NCBI RefSeq assembly: GCF_001194135.2
Contig: NC_068981.1
Span: 90,521,744 to 90,585,743 of the forward strand
Source: Octopus bimaculoides
Lineage: Eukaryota
Direction of reading: 5' to 3'
Length of the DNA stretch: 64,000 nt
Shown: positions 49,906 to 62,144 of the stretch, piece by piece
How the letters are laid out: each line of letters starts with the position of its first letter
Position numbering within the stretch: the first letter of the stretch is position 1
Translations under genes and position numbers: made by a program
The notes under the pieces: generated by a model
What the model was told of the DNA's origin: nothing
What the model saw: only the letters and a program-made list of their open reading frames with translations
The model's database searches: none

Positions 49906-52096
49906 ATATATATATATAAAATGGGTTTCTTTCAGTTTCCGTCTACCAAATTCACTTACAAGGCTTTGGTTGGCTCAAGATACGCAGTGGGACTGAACCC
50001 GAAACTCAAGCTGTTATATTTAATTTGTTTACCTGCATAATTACATTCTCTAATCTGAACGCTGAAGGGTTAAGTCTTTTGCTCCTTATGAAAAATAGAC
50101 CATCAATGACTTGTCTCTTCTCTTCTCGACTCTGGGCTGTCTTTTCTGCTTTCCTCTACAAAGTCATGTTGGTTTCGAATTGTCATTAGTGTTCCTATAA
50201 TTGTGTTTTTTTTTTTTTCTTGGTATGAGTGTTGGTCCAATGCAAACCCATTTTTTACCCCTGAGAAGTGGTGGTTCATATTAATCAGGTCTTTATCCTT
50301 TAAACTCTCCAGCATAGGGAGCTGGGGGGGGGGGAGCTATCAGGAGCTTGCATTTCACTGGCAAAGCTGTCAGGATCACTGAAGCATACAAGCCACTAAT
50401 GAAGCTTTCAAGTAGTGTTTCTACTCTGATTAGTAATCATATTTACATCTAGGCTAGCTATTCTAGTAAGAATTAAGAACCTTATTCATGATCAAGGAAT
50501 GGTGATAGTGGTAGGATTTGAACCAATAACTCTTCAAAGGGCGTTTCTATAGATATGGAATTGTAGCTATTGCTACCCTAGATTAGCCCTGAGTAGATCT
50601 ATTGTGAAAGGAATTCCATTCATGACGTTCCCTTTTTTTTTTTTTCAGACATAAAATACTTAGGATTACATTCATCTAATGTATAATACAATTATTTTTT
50701 GAAATGGTGAGGTGTAATTTGAGAGAAATTTTGTTAATGTTTCTAAGAGGCTGAGTCACCAAGTAGAGTAGATTAGCCCTGAGCATGCCTATCACCATCA
50801 TCATCATCATTATTTAACATACATCTTCCAGGCATGCATGGGTAGGACAGTTGACAGGAGCCAGCCAGGTAGAAAACTACCCGAGGCTATTGTGTCTGTT
50901 TTGGCAGGGTTTTTACGGTTGGATGCCCTTTCTAACATCAACCACTCTGCAGAGTGGACTCAGTGCTTTTTATGTGGCATTAGCACAAGCAAGGTTAGTT
51001 TTGGCATGATTTTTACAGCTGGATGTCCTTCCAAATGCCAGCCACTCTACAATGTGGACTGAAAGTTTTTTAAGTGGCACCAGCACTGGCAGAGTCACCA
51101 AGTAACTTGCAAGACAAGGAATTATGAGAGGGGCAGGGGCATTTGAGGAGGGGAACTTGTGTCAGAAGATGAAAGGTTAGTGTGACAGAGAGGCAGAAAT
51201 AGGTGTCTTGCTATAACAGAAGGGGCATTGGAGGAGGTGAAAAGTATTCCAGTCATGACCTTCTCTTCTTTTTTCAGACATAATATATCAACGATTACAT
51301 TCACCTAATGTCTCTTTCAATTTTTTTCTTAGTTGTAAGGTGTAATTTGAGGGAAATTTTGCAAATGTTTTTCTAAGAGGCTGAGTTATCAAATAAAGGT
51401 TCTCTATTTGGCTCATGGAATTGTGGTATTAATAGCTATTTCTAACACAGGCATGGGACTCCAAAATATTTAAGGGTGTAAGAGTTAGCAGATCAAATTG
51501 ATCCCAGTACTTGACAGGTATTTATTTTATCAACCTCACAAAGATGGAAAGCAAACTGGACCTTTGTGCTCAGATATAGGCACAAGCATGGCTTGTGGTT
51601 AAGAAGCTTGTTTCCCAATCATGTGGTCTCGGGTTCAGTTCCACAGTGCAGCACTTGGGGGAAGAGTCTTCTACTATAGCTCTAAACCAACCAAAGCCTT
51701 TTGAGAGGATTTGGTAGATAGAAACTGAAAGCATGCGTGTGTGTTCATGTGTACCCTTGTCTTGACCTCATGTGATGGTTGTAAATGAATGTCACCATCA
51801 TAAAAGCAAGATTGTTCCTTTCCAATCCTCCGTGAAAAATATGTCTGGCTATGGGGAAATATAACCTTGCTTGGAAATAGATGAGAGTTAGCAACAGGAA
51901 CGGCATCCTGCTGCAGATAATCTACCTCAACAAATTCTATCTGACTCATGCAAGCATGGAAATGTGGACGTTAAATAATGGTGGAAAGTAAAGAAAGAGA
52001 CATTTGATCTGACACTATGACAACTCAGTCAATTTGCTATCTTTACTATGAGGCTAGTCCACTACATAAAGAGATACTTTATGCATCTATAATATA

Positions 52097-52726
52097 CTAG
52101 CTAACCCGTGCCATCAATAGTGACAGCTAATTTGTAGTATTTTATATAAAAATAAGGTACAAAATGAGGTACATAATAATCACACATACAAACATTCACA
52201 TACCTCCCTTGTACATGCAGACACACACACACACACATATACTCACACAGAGTTGAAACGCTAATATTTTTTTCACTCTTTCCTTCCTTATTCATTTATC
52301 ACCCCTTCCTTTCTCACATTGCTATTACTTTCTCTCATTCCCTCTCAGTCAGGGCTATTACTCCCATTACTTTTCCTTCATGGAATTACTATTTTCTCTC
52401 CTCATCTGCCTCCAGTATGATTCTGGACAAATATATAAAATGATGGTATGTTGCCAACTTAATGTGGCAGTCCCATGAAAGGGAAGAATGTTACTGTTAT
52501 TTAGCCCTAGGAAGCACTGTTTCCAGTTGGCCACGACACATTTTATTTGGCCAACTGGAAACGATGCTTCCTAGGGCTAAATAGCAGTTGCATTCTTCCC
52601 TTTCATGGGACTGCCACATTAAGTTGGCAACATATTATCACTTTATTGTGCTGCTACTGTATAAATCTCTCTGAGAGATTTAGAAATGAAATATATAAAA
52701 ATACTATGCTTTATTATATTAGGAGA
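52097..52726 (-). mobile_element. Non-autonomous Helitron-like element containing a 200-bp palindrome
   Basis: Minus-strand 5' end A|TCTCCTAATATAATAAAG and 3' end GATGGCACGGGTTAGCTAG|T. It sits at an AT site with no TSD. Confidence 0.65.
52441..52640. repeat. Near-perfect 200-bp palindrome
   Basis: ~93-bp arms include perfect 44-bp and 15-bp blocks around a 14-nt loop (52534-52547). Confidence 0.95.
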
Positions 52727-53160
52727 TATTGACACAATCTATAGAGACACTTTATAACTAATTGGCACTCGGCTGATTATGGTGATGATGGTTCCAGTTG
52801 ATCTCACCAGCAGAACAGCCTGTTTTCAAGTTTATTCCTCCCAGGACAGGACAACAGTCTGTCACAGGATTACTCATTTTTGCCAGCTGAGTGGATTATC
52901 TTGACTGTAGTTATTAATAATTGTTTCTAACAAAGACACAAGGCCTGAAATGTTGTTAGGGAGAGGTTTAGCTGATTACCAAGTATTTTATTTTGTAGTA
53001 TTATTTGTTTCAAGTTTTGGCACAAGGCCAGCAATTTCAAGGACAGGGGTAAGTTAATGTAATCGAATCCCAGTACTCAACAGATACACATTTTATTGAC
53101 CTCAAAAGGATGAAAGGCGAAGTTGACCGTGGCAGAATTTGAATGCAGAATGTAAAGACA

Positions 53161-53555
53161 CAGGAGTGGCTGTGTGGTAAGAAGCTTGCTTCCCAACCAC
53201 ATGGTTCCGAGTTCAGTCCCACAGCATGACACCTTGGGCAAGTGTCTTTTGCTTATAGCCTTGGGCCGACCAAAACCTTGTCAGTGGATTTGGTAGACGG
53301 AAACTGAAAGAAGCCTGTCGTATATATATATATATATATATATATATGCATGTATGTATTTGTTTGTGTGTCTCCACTCCATTGCATGACAACCAATGTT
53401 GGTGTGTTTACATCCACCATAACTTAGCAGTTTGACAAAAGAGACTGACAGAATAAATACTAGGCTTACAAAGAATAAGTCCTGGAGTCAATTTGTTCAA
53501 CTAAAAGCAGTGCTCCAGCATGGCCACAGTCAAATGACTGAAACAAGTAAAAGAA
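53161..53555 (+). mobile_element. Same SINE family as 13553-13965, plus orientation
   Basis: Head, (TA)n core and tail are colinear with the reverse complement of 13553-13965. Confidence 0.85.
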
Positions 53556-54091
53556 TTAAAAGAATAAAAAAATACAGAAAGACAGACAAAATGCCACAAA
53601 GCATTTTACCTGGCATGCTAATGATTCTGCTAGCTCACTGCCTTACTTTATAGAATTGTTGATTTAGCCATATAGCCAACAATTTAGAGAAGAAAGGGTT
53701 AGTTAATACCATGACCCTTGTACTTGACTACTATTTCATTTTATCAATTCAGTTTTGGAGAAATGAAAGGTGTCGTTGATCTCAGCAAGATTTGAACTCA
53801 CAATGCAGATTTGGAACAGTTACCACAAAACATTTTTGACTGAAGCTCTAACAACTTCCATGATTCATTACCAGAACTGTAGTATTCTTAATAATTCTTT
53901 CTACTATAGGCACAAAGCCTGGCATTTTGTGGGGAGGGGCTAGACAATTACATTGACCTCAGCACCCAAATGGTACTTATTTTATTAACTCTGAAAAGAT
54001 AAAAGGTAAAGTTGGCCTTGAAGGCATTTGAACTCAGGATGTAAAGCTAGAAAAATTGCTGCTAAACATTTTATCTGAATGATATCAAATT

Positions 54092-54308
54092 AAGGTGGTG
54101 AGCTGGTAAAAACGTTAGCATGCCGGGCGAAATGCTTAGCAGTATTTGGTCTGTCTTTATGTTCTGAGTTCAAATTCCGCTGAGGTCAGCTTTGCCTTTC
54201 ATCCTTTTGGGGTTGATAAATTAAGTACCAGTTGTGTACTGGGGTCAATCTAATTGACTGGCCCCCTATCCCCAAATTTTGGACCTTGTGCCTAGAGTAG
54301 AAAAGAAT
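54092..54308 (+). mobile_element. tRNA-like SINE (most abundant family) with 14-bp TSD
   Basis: TSD aatgatatcaaatt at 54078-54091 and 54309-54322. The core gagttcaaattcc...ctttgcctttcatcc recurs in both orientations near 1290, 2760, 5860, 21300, 40430, 41200, 43350, 53010, 53900, 54330, 57600 and 59600. Confidence 0.85.
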
Positions 54309-54564
54309 AATGATATCAAATTTTGGCTCAATGCCAGCAATTACAAGGGAGAAGGTAAGTTGATTACATTGCCACCACTGCTTCACTGGTATTTATTTTA
54401 TCAACCTCTGAAAAGATGGAAGGCAAAGTTGACGATGGCAGAACTTGAACTCAGAAAGTAAAGACAGATGAAATGCCGCTAAGCACTTTGCCCAGGGTGG
54501 TAACAATTCTGCCAGTTTGCCGCCCTACTTACTGTTCTTAATAATATAATCAATAACTACTTAC

Positions 54565-54771
54565 CCAAAATTTCAATGCCAAGCTCTGTGGCCATTCTCT
54601 GGGCACCATCCTTGCCAAAAATATGTTCTGCATGTCCACATTTGGAACAAATATGAATGCTCATGTTCTGTATGATTCCAAGAATGGGAACACTCACTTT
54701 AGCAAACATCTCTACTCCACGCCTAGCATCCATTAAAGCAATATCTTGAGGAGTGGTCACAATTACAGCTC
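54565..54771 (-). CDS. NUBPL: NUBPL exon (207 nt)
   Basis: [23 protein letters not shown]...[18 protein letters not shown] includes the CxxC Fe-S ligands. Boundaries atcag| and g|gtaagt. Confidence 0.97.
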
Positions 54772-55582
54772 CTGATGGCAGAATAAAATATATTTTTGAT
54801 GATGATGATGATGATTTTTGGATTAGCTCAAAACTATGGATGAAATGAAATAGAGTTAATTGAATGAGTATCATTTTATGACTGACTGGAATTCCATTTT
54901 ACTAACTCAGAGGTCTGAACATGGCTGTGCTTAAAAATTACATTTCACAAGCACAAGATTTGGACTTTGGCCACTCTGTGTGGCACTTTGGACAAGTGTC
55001 TTTTACTATAGCTCCAAACTGTCCAATGTCTTGTGAGTGAAATTTGGTAGTTGGAAACTGTATAGAAGCTTATTTTAGATACACATAGATAGATAAATAG
55101 ACAGACAGACAGACAGACAGATAGATAGACAGAGGGGTGGGTTGATGGATGGCTGGATAGACAGACAGAAGTCAGTCAGTCAGACAGACAGACAGATAAT
55201 TTTCATTTAAAGTTCACTTCTCTATGCTTGCATGGGTCAGGCAGAATTCACCGAGGCTGATTTTCTATAGCTGGATGTGCTTCCTGTCACCAACTCTCAT
55301 CAGTTTTCAAGCAAGGCAACATTTTCCCCATGACCAGACATGTTTTCAGTGTGATGGTGATGCTCATTTACAATACCAAGTGATGCCACATGGATGGACA
55401 CACACACAATTAAAGTCCTTATTGGTTAGATACCACACCAACAGCAGTTTCTGATAGACACACGGATATGTTTATATGGCAATTAGCAGCTGGCTCTGAA
55501 ACCAGATATATGAGGTGTGGCTTATCTACTGCACACCAATCCCTTAAAATGTCTAAGTGTAAGAACATCAGTTTTTATTTAC

Positions 55583-55676
55583 CTGCAATTGGTATATTTT
55601 GAGTCAAAGAAAGCTGTGTATCTCCTGTTCCTGGAGGCATGTCCACAATGAGGTAGTCAGTATTAGACCATGAAAC
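55583..55676 (-). CDS. NUBPL: NUBPL exon (94 nt)
   Basis: [31 protein letters not shown] includes the DMPPGTGD motif. AG/GT ends. Confidence 0.97.
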
Positions 55677-55960
55677 CTGATAAAATATAAATTATTTTGC
55701 ATTACAAATTAGAAAGCACTATTCAATATATAGAAATTATTTTTTGAAATGGTGTATCATGAAGCAGATAAAGCCATAAATAATAGCATATAAATAAGAC
55801 CTGTTTTAAAAAACCCTTTGGATTGAAAAAGTCAAAAGCTGTCCATAGGACTTGAACCTACATCTCCTGTAGACATGACAATCATTCTACTACAGGACTG
55901 AAGCAATCTAGCGAATTTCTCTTCCGTACAAAGTTTTAAAATCCAATATTTATAATCTAT

Positions 55961-57326
55961 TGAACTAGAGGAGAAGTTTCAGGTGTGGAAGCAAGGTCTA
56001 GAATTGAAGGGCCTTAGAGTCAACCTAGCTAAAACCAAAATCCTAATAAGTAGGAAGGTAGATAAAACACAAACCCCTTCAGGTAGATGGCCCTGCTCAG
56101 TATGTAGAAAAGGAGTAGGTAGTAACTCTATAAGATGTACCCGGTGCAAGCTATGGACACATAAGAGGTGCAGCAACATCAAAGGCAGGTTAACTAGCAA
56201 GTTAGTTTTTGTTTGTGGCAGATGTTCAGGTGCAATAAAGACTGCAAACAAACAGGAAACAACTTCTATCTCATTCCAGGGTGAAAAACTAGAGGTAGTC
56301 GATAGCTTCCGCTATCTGGGCGACCAAGTTAGTAGTGGGGGTGGGTGCGCTGAAAGTNNNNNNNNNNNNNNNNNNNNNNNNNNNNNNNNNNNNNNNNNNN
56401 NNNNNNNNNNNNNNNNNNNNNNNNNNNNNNNNNNNNNNNNNNNNNNNNNNNNNNNNNNNNNNNNNNNNNNNNNNNNNNNNNNNNNNNNNNNNNNNNNNNN
56501 NNNNNNNNNNNNNNNNNNNNNNNNNNNNNNNNNNNNNNNNNNNNNNNNNNNNNNNNNNNNNNNNNNNNNNNNNNNNNNNNNNNNNNNNNNNNNNNNNNNN
56601 NNNNNNNNNNNNNNNNNNNNNNNNNNNNNNNNNNNNNNNNNNNNNNNNNNNNNNNNNNNNNNNNNNNNNNNNNNNNNNNNNNNNNNNNNNNNNNNNNNNN
56701 NNNNNNNNNNNNNNNNNNNNNNNNNNNNNNNNNNNNNNNNNNNNNNNNNNNNNNNNNNNNNNNNNNNNNNNNNNNNNNNNNNNNNNNNNNNNNNNNNNNN
56801 NNNNNNNNNNNNNNNNNNNNNNNNNNNNNNNNNNNNNNNNNNNNNNNNNNNNNNNNNNNNNNNNNNNNNNNNNNNNNNNNNNNNNNNNNNNNNNNNNNNN
56901 NNNNNNNNNNNNNNNNNNNNNNNNNNNNNNNNNNNNNNNNNNNNNNNNNNNNNNNNNNNNNNNNNNNNNNNNNNNNNNNNNNNNNNNNNNNNNNNNNNNN
57001 NNNNNNNNNNNNNNNNNNNNNNNNNNNNNNNNNNNNNNNNNNNNNNNTGTAGGATTTTCGAGCGAGATCGTTGCCAGTGCCCCTGGACTGGCTTGTGCGG
57101 GTGGCACATAAAAGACACCATTTCGAGCGTGGCCGTTTTCGTGCGGGTGACACGTAAAAGCACCCACTACACTCTCTGAGTGGTTGGCGTTAGGAAGGGC
57201 ATCCAGCTGTAGAAACTCTGCCAAATCAGACTGGAGCCTGGTGTTGCCATCCGGTTTCACCAGTCCTCAGTCAAATCGTCCAACCCATGCTAGCATGGAA
57301 AGCGGACGTTAAACGATGATGATGAT
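55961..57326 (+). mobile_element. Young 5'-truncated RTE-clade LINE (contains gap)
   Basis: Open frame ELEEKFQVWKQGLELKGLRVNLAKTK...CSVC...CTRCKLWTHKRC...LEVVDSFRYLGD, a 3' UTR and a (GAT)n tail. Confidence 0.9.
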
Positions 57327-58499
57327 AGTTGGCCTGAATAAATTTGATTTAACTAGTGATGTGACTCTTTGATTACCATATTGATTGGAGCTTATTGAAT
57401 ACTCCTAGCACTTTCAGCTATCCTTAGTTTTACGTCAGTTTCAGTATTGCCACCTTCAGTCTGAGCACAACACATGACCAGTACATATTTAATTTCGAAA
57501 CTAAAACGTAAAAGAACGTGAATAAATATTGCAAAGCACTGTTCATTCCGCTCCACTACCATTTCAGTGGAGACTCCTCGTTCTCTCAGCCTAGTAATAA
57601 TGATCTCTGATTTAGGTCAGCGATTTCAAAGGGAGTGAGTTAGTGAATACTATCAATCCCGATACTTAACTGTTACTTTATTTTATCGAGCTCTGGAAAG
57701 ATGAAAGACAAAGTCGAGCACGGCGGGATTTGAGCTCAGAACGTAAAGAGCTGGAAGAAATGTCACTAAGCATTTTGTTCGACACTCTAATGATTGTGCA
57801 AGCTCACCAAGGAAACCCGCCAGCGGGCTTTGAACCCGGAACGTAAAGAGTCAAAAGACAAAAAAATTACATCGCCTAACAAAATATATTTAAGAAATAG
57901 AGATTGGCAGGGGAGGCAACTCCCTCAAACTGTAGACACATTACTAGTTGTACAAACGATGTTAACTCCCTTGTTGTGCGTGCGTGTGCGTGTTAAAACT
58001 CTCCATATCTCATTTGATGTAGAATACATTTTATTTTTATTGGCCAATAGAAAGATTTTGAGAACCGATTTGCTTGTAATTAACATGTTACATCACCAGC
58101 AAAAATTTCATCAGAGCAGTGAAGGTTAAACTCTGACTGAAAATGTTGAAATGAGAAAGAAGTTAACTGTATTTATAGTTAACAACAAAACCATTATAAA
58201 ATATGTGCTGAGTTACCATTACAAGGAATGAAAAACAAAGAGCTTAGTTAATGAGAGTTAATCAAATATCACTTGAATAATAACACACAACAGGCTTCCA
58301 TACAATTTCCATTCATTAGCTTCCATTAGGCAACCTGAAACTACAGAAGATGATATTTGCCTGAAGGTGTTGACCTGCAGTAGTCATTTGAATAATAACA
58401 GCAGTGCCGTGATGGGATATAAACCATAAAACTGTCAGCTGGTTGCTCTGAGTCGACCAACAGCAACTCTTTGAGTTAGAACAAAAGAATAATATTTAC

Positions 58500-58590
58500 C
58501 TGTCTGAGCAATTTGTCAATGGCAGAAATGACCATGGGACCTCGCCATACAATTGGAGACTTTTCATCAACTAAAAATCCCATTGACATG
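58500..58590 (-). CDS. NUBPL: NUBPL exon (91 nt)
   Basis: [30 protein letters not shown]. Boundaries tttag| and cag|gtaaat. Confidence 0.97.
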
Positions 58591-59123
58591 CTAAAAGACA
58601 AAAATATAAAGAAAATAATGATAATGTTGCCATAAAAAGAGGACCTTCTCTCAGAAAAACAAATAAATAAGCATAGACACGGTCATGTGTTTAAGATGCT
58701 CACATTGCAACTACATGATTCTGGACTCAAGCAAGCATGTATGTATATATGTGTGTGTGTGTATGTGTGTAATAGATAGATCAGTTGATGGACAGATAAA
58801 GAGTAAAAGTAGTGTTTGAAGAAGTGAGAGGTATCAATCATCTCAAATAAATCCATGTAAAGTAGGAATATATTTAAGAACACTCAATACTTATTTTTGT
58901 GTCTAATACTAATTCTACTGATTCATAAGTAGGTAGGTAGGAAGGGAGGTAGGCAGATAGGCATATAGGCAAGTAGGTAGGCAGGTAGGCACATAGGCAG
59001 GAAGGTACGTTGGTAGGTATAAACTCTTAAAAGAAGAGGTGGAAGAAATTAATGATTGTCCTTTGAGGAATATCATCACCATCATTTAATACCTGTTCTC
59101 CATGTTGGTATATATTGGATATT

Positions 59124-59522
59124 GTGGAGGCGCAATGGCCCAGTGGTTAGGGCAGTGGACTCGCGGTCATAGGATCGTGGTTTCGATTCCCAGACTGGGC
59201 GTTGTGAGTGTTTATTGAGCGAAAACACCTGAAGCTCCACGAGGCTCCAGTAGGGGATAGTGGCGAACCCTGCTGTACTCTTTCACCACAACTTTCTCTC
59301 ACTCTTACTTCTTGTTTCTGTTGTGCCTGTAATTCTAAGGGTCAGCCTTGTCACATTGTGTCACGCTGAATATCCCCGAGAACTACGTTAAGGGTACACG
59401 TGTCTGTGGAGTGCTCAGCCACTTGCACGTTAATTTCATGAGCAGGTTGTTCTGTTGATCGGATCAACTGGAACCCTTGATGTCGTAAGCGACAGAGTGC
59501 CAACACACACACACACACACAC
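59124..59522 (+). mobile_element. tRNA-derived SINE with 12-bp TSD
   Basis: Same 5' start (gtggaggcgcaatggc) and body as the 7501 copy. It has a (CA)n tail and TSD atattggatatt. A diverged relative lies at ~43690-44000. Confidence 0.9.
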
Positions 59523-59883
59523 ATATTGGATATTATTCAAGAAAATCAAACTATGAAGTCTTTGGTAATGCAATAATGATTTTTAACATAGGTACAAGGC
59601 TACATTGGTGTGTGAGGTTAGGATTAGTTGGTTAAATTGACCTCAATACTTTAACTTGTACTTTATTTTATTGACCCCTGAAGGACAAAAGGCAAAGGTG
59701 ACTTTGGCAGAAATTGAACTCAAAATGTAAAGAGCTGTTACTAAATGCTGCAAGGTATTTTGATTGATGTACTGACAATTCTGCCAATCTGATGCGTGTA
59801 CAATTTGAACTCATTTTAATCTCATCACATCCCTGTACAAAACAGAGAGAGATGAGGTTAAATTGCTTTCAGTAACTCAATTC

Positions 59884-59949
59884 CATGTTGAGCTCTAGGG
59901 TCATGTTGAGCTCTAGAGTCATGTTAAGCTTTAGGGCCATGTTGAGCTC
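59884..59949 (+). repeat. 18-bp minisatellite, ~3.7 copies
   Basis: Units catgttgagctctagggt, catgttgagctctagagt, catgttaagctttagggc and catgttgagctc. Confidence 0.9.
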
Positions 59950-60847
59950 CAAACCTGTCCAGCCTATTTTAGTATGGCAGCAACAAGTATTAAAATGCTG
60001 TCAAATACTATTTTACAGTTCTTTTATTATTTTTATTGGTTTCATTCATTGGACTGTGGCTATGCTGGAGCATTGTCGTCAAGGGTTTCAGCTGATCATA
60101 TTGACCCCAGTATCTATTTCAGTCTTGTGTTTATTGTATCAATCATTATTTATTGAATGACTAAGTTATCTTATGAAATAAAGGAACATAATTCAATACA
60201 CTGGTTTATACACACACAGCAGGCTTCCATACAGTTTCCATTCATCAACTTCCATCCACAAATATTAAGCAACCTGAGACTACCTTAGATGATATTTGCC
60301 CAAAGGCATTGACCTGCAGCAGTTTAACCCTTTAGCATTTAAACCTACCATATCCAGCCAAAATATTCTGACTCTTTTTATGTTCAAACTGGGCATATCT
60401 AGCCTCTCATACTTACCCTGCAATGTCATTCTAAGAATAAAGCAATTGCATGCATCAGAGAAATCTCGAAGTTACAAAATAATGCATGACTAATTTAAAA
60501 CAATGTGAATAAATATTACATTTGACAGAGTAACCTGAATGCTAAAAGGTTAAATGAAACATTACCAGCATTAACCCCTTCAATCTCAGAGGGCCTGTTT
60601 CATGAGGGACTGCCTCTTTATTTAGACACAGCATGCACAAAAAATAAATAAAAGCCTGTCACTTGTGGGATCAAATTTGGACTACATTTGGTTGGTGGTG
60701 AAGCCTGCACCCATGGTAATAGAATATCTCTAAACAGATCGAAGATTTTCCAAGCATAAATTTTAAATAATGTTAATAAAATGTGCTTTTCATCAAAATT
60801 TCTTTTAATCAACCAATCACTCTTAAAGAAAAAATCTCCATAATTAC

Positions 60848-60887
60848 CATTTTATGCCAAAATTTTTCAGAGGTATCATCATGTTAG
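60848..60887 (-). CDS. NUBPL: NUBPL exon (40 nt)
   Basis: ANMMIPLKNFGIKC vs recalled human NLMRPLLNYGIAC. Boundaries ccag| and |gtaatt, phase 1 to 2. Confidence 0.9.
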
Positions 60888-61538
60888 CTGGAAAATAATT
60901 TTAAAATGCAGTTTTTTAAACAATTTTATACAAAATTAAATTTAAAAAACCCTACTATATACACATGCACACACCACCACCACTACCACCATCACCATCA
61001 TCATTCAACACCCTTGTCCCTGCTGACACGGACAGTTTGACAGGAACCAAATGAACCTGCATCGAGCTCCAATGTTTGCTTTATACGCACGCACACAAGT
61101 ATGTATGTACACATAAGCTGTAAAGTGTAACCTAAGTTTGGGACCAATGGTAGGTTTCACACTCCACTTCTATATCCAGTGAGATATGAAGCAAAGTATC
61201 AAGCCATGGAATAGACTAGTTTGTGGAATATGAACCATGGAACGGTGTTAATAAAATACAGTAAACAGCTAGGATTACATAATTGCTGTTGAAACATTAT
61301 ATAATCTTGTTAATTCATGTCATCAATGCTCAGCAAATGTGTTTCATATATATATGTATGCATGCATACATGTGTGCATACACACACACATGCATACTAT
61401 TATTCTTACTCTCTGTTTGTTGTTTGACAGCCTCTTGCTTTTAAATTATCTTTTTATAATGATAGTGAATAGCTGATAAATTATTTTATGTGTATTATTA
61501 TTATTATTATTATTATTGTTATTATTATTATTATTATT

Positions 61539-62093
61539 GAGTGAGAGAGCTGTGCATGCCATCAAAGTGACACTGGGGTAAAATATACGAAGCCCATTAT
61601 ACCCATCATGACTACCCATCTGATAAGGGTACACCAGGCACATGCATCACAACCATGTGTGCACGACATGGTGATCTCATATCAAGATAAACAGTACATG
61701 ACCTTGCAGGTGGGGCCCAGTTAGAATTTTCTTCAGGTTGAGTAGCCCATCCTGCTCAAAAGGTACCTGAATAAGGGTTGTTTAAAGATGTTGAACAAAA
61801 CATCCATGTTTCCAAAGGTGAATTATCCAAACCCCAAAGAATTCCTCTCAACACATGACTATGATGCTCCCCCACTACTTCTGCTCATAATCAGAGATCC
61901 ACATATCGTTAGCCACCAAGGGACATGCTCAACTGAGTAAGATCAAGCAACTGACAAGCAAACCTGTGGTACTGGGCAGAATATTTGCTGTAGCCCATCT
62001 TTTATACCAAGACAAAACAATGTACATGATAACATTTCCAATCAATTAAGATCAGAAGCCAGGAGAGCCACTGCCTGGTACTGCATCCGGGCA
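61539..62093 (-). mobile_element. ~555-bp non-coding element embedded in a (TAA)n array
   Basis: Complex, GC-richer sequence bounded by (TTA)n at 61493-61538 and 62094-62118. No ORF was recognised. Confidence 0.55.
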
Positions 62094-62144
62094 TTTATTA
62101 TTATTATTATTATTATTAAAGCAAAGCAAGTACAGTAATTTTAC

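Noticed and set aside
59884-59949. Regularly spaced short repeats considered as CRISPR-like
   Set aside because: These are contiguous tandem units without spacers in a eukaryotic intron.
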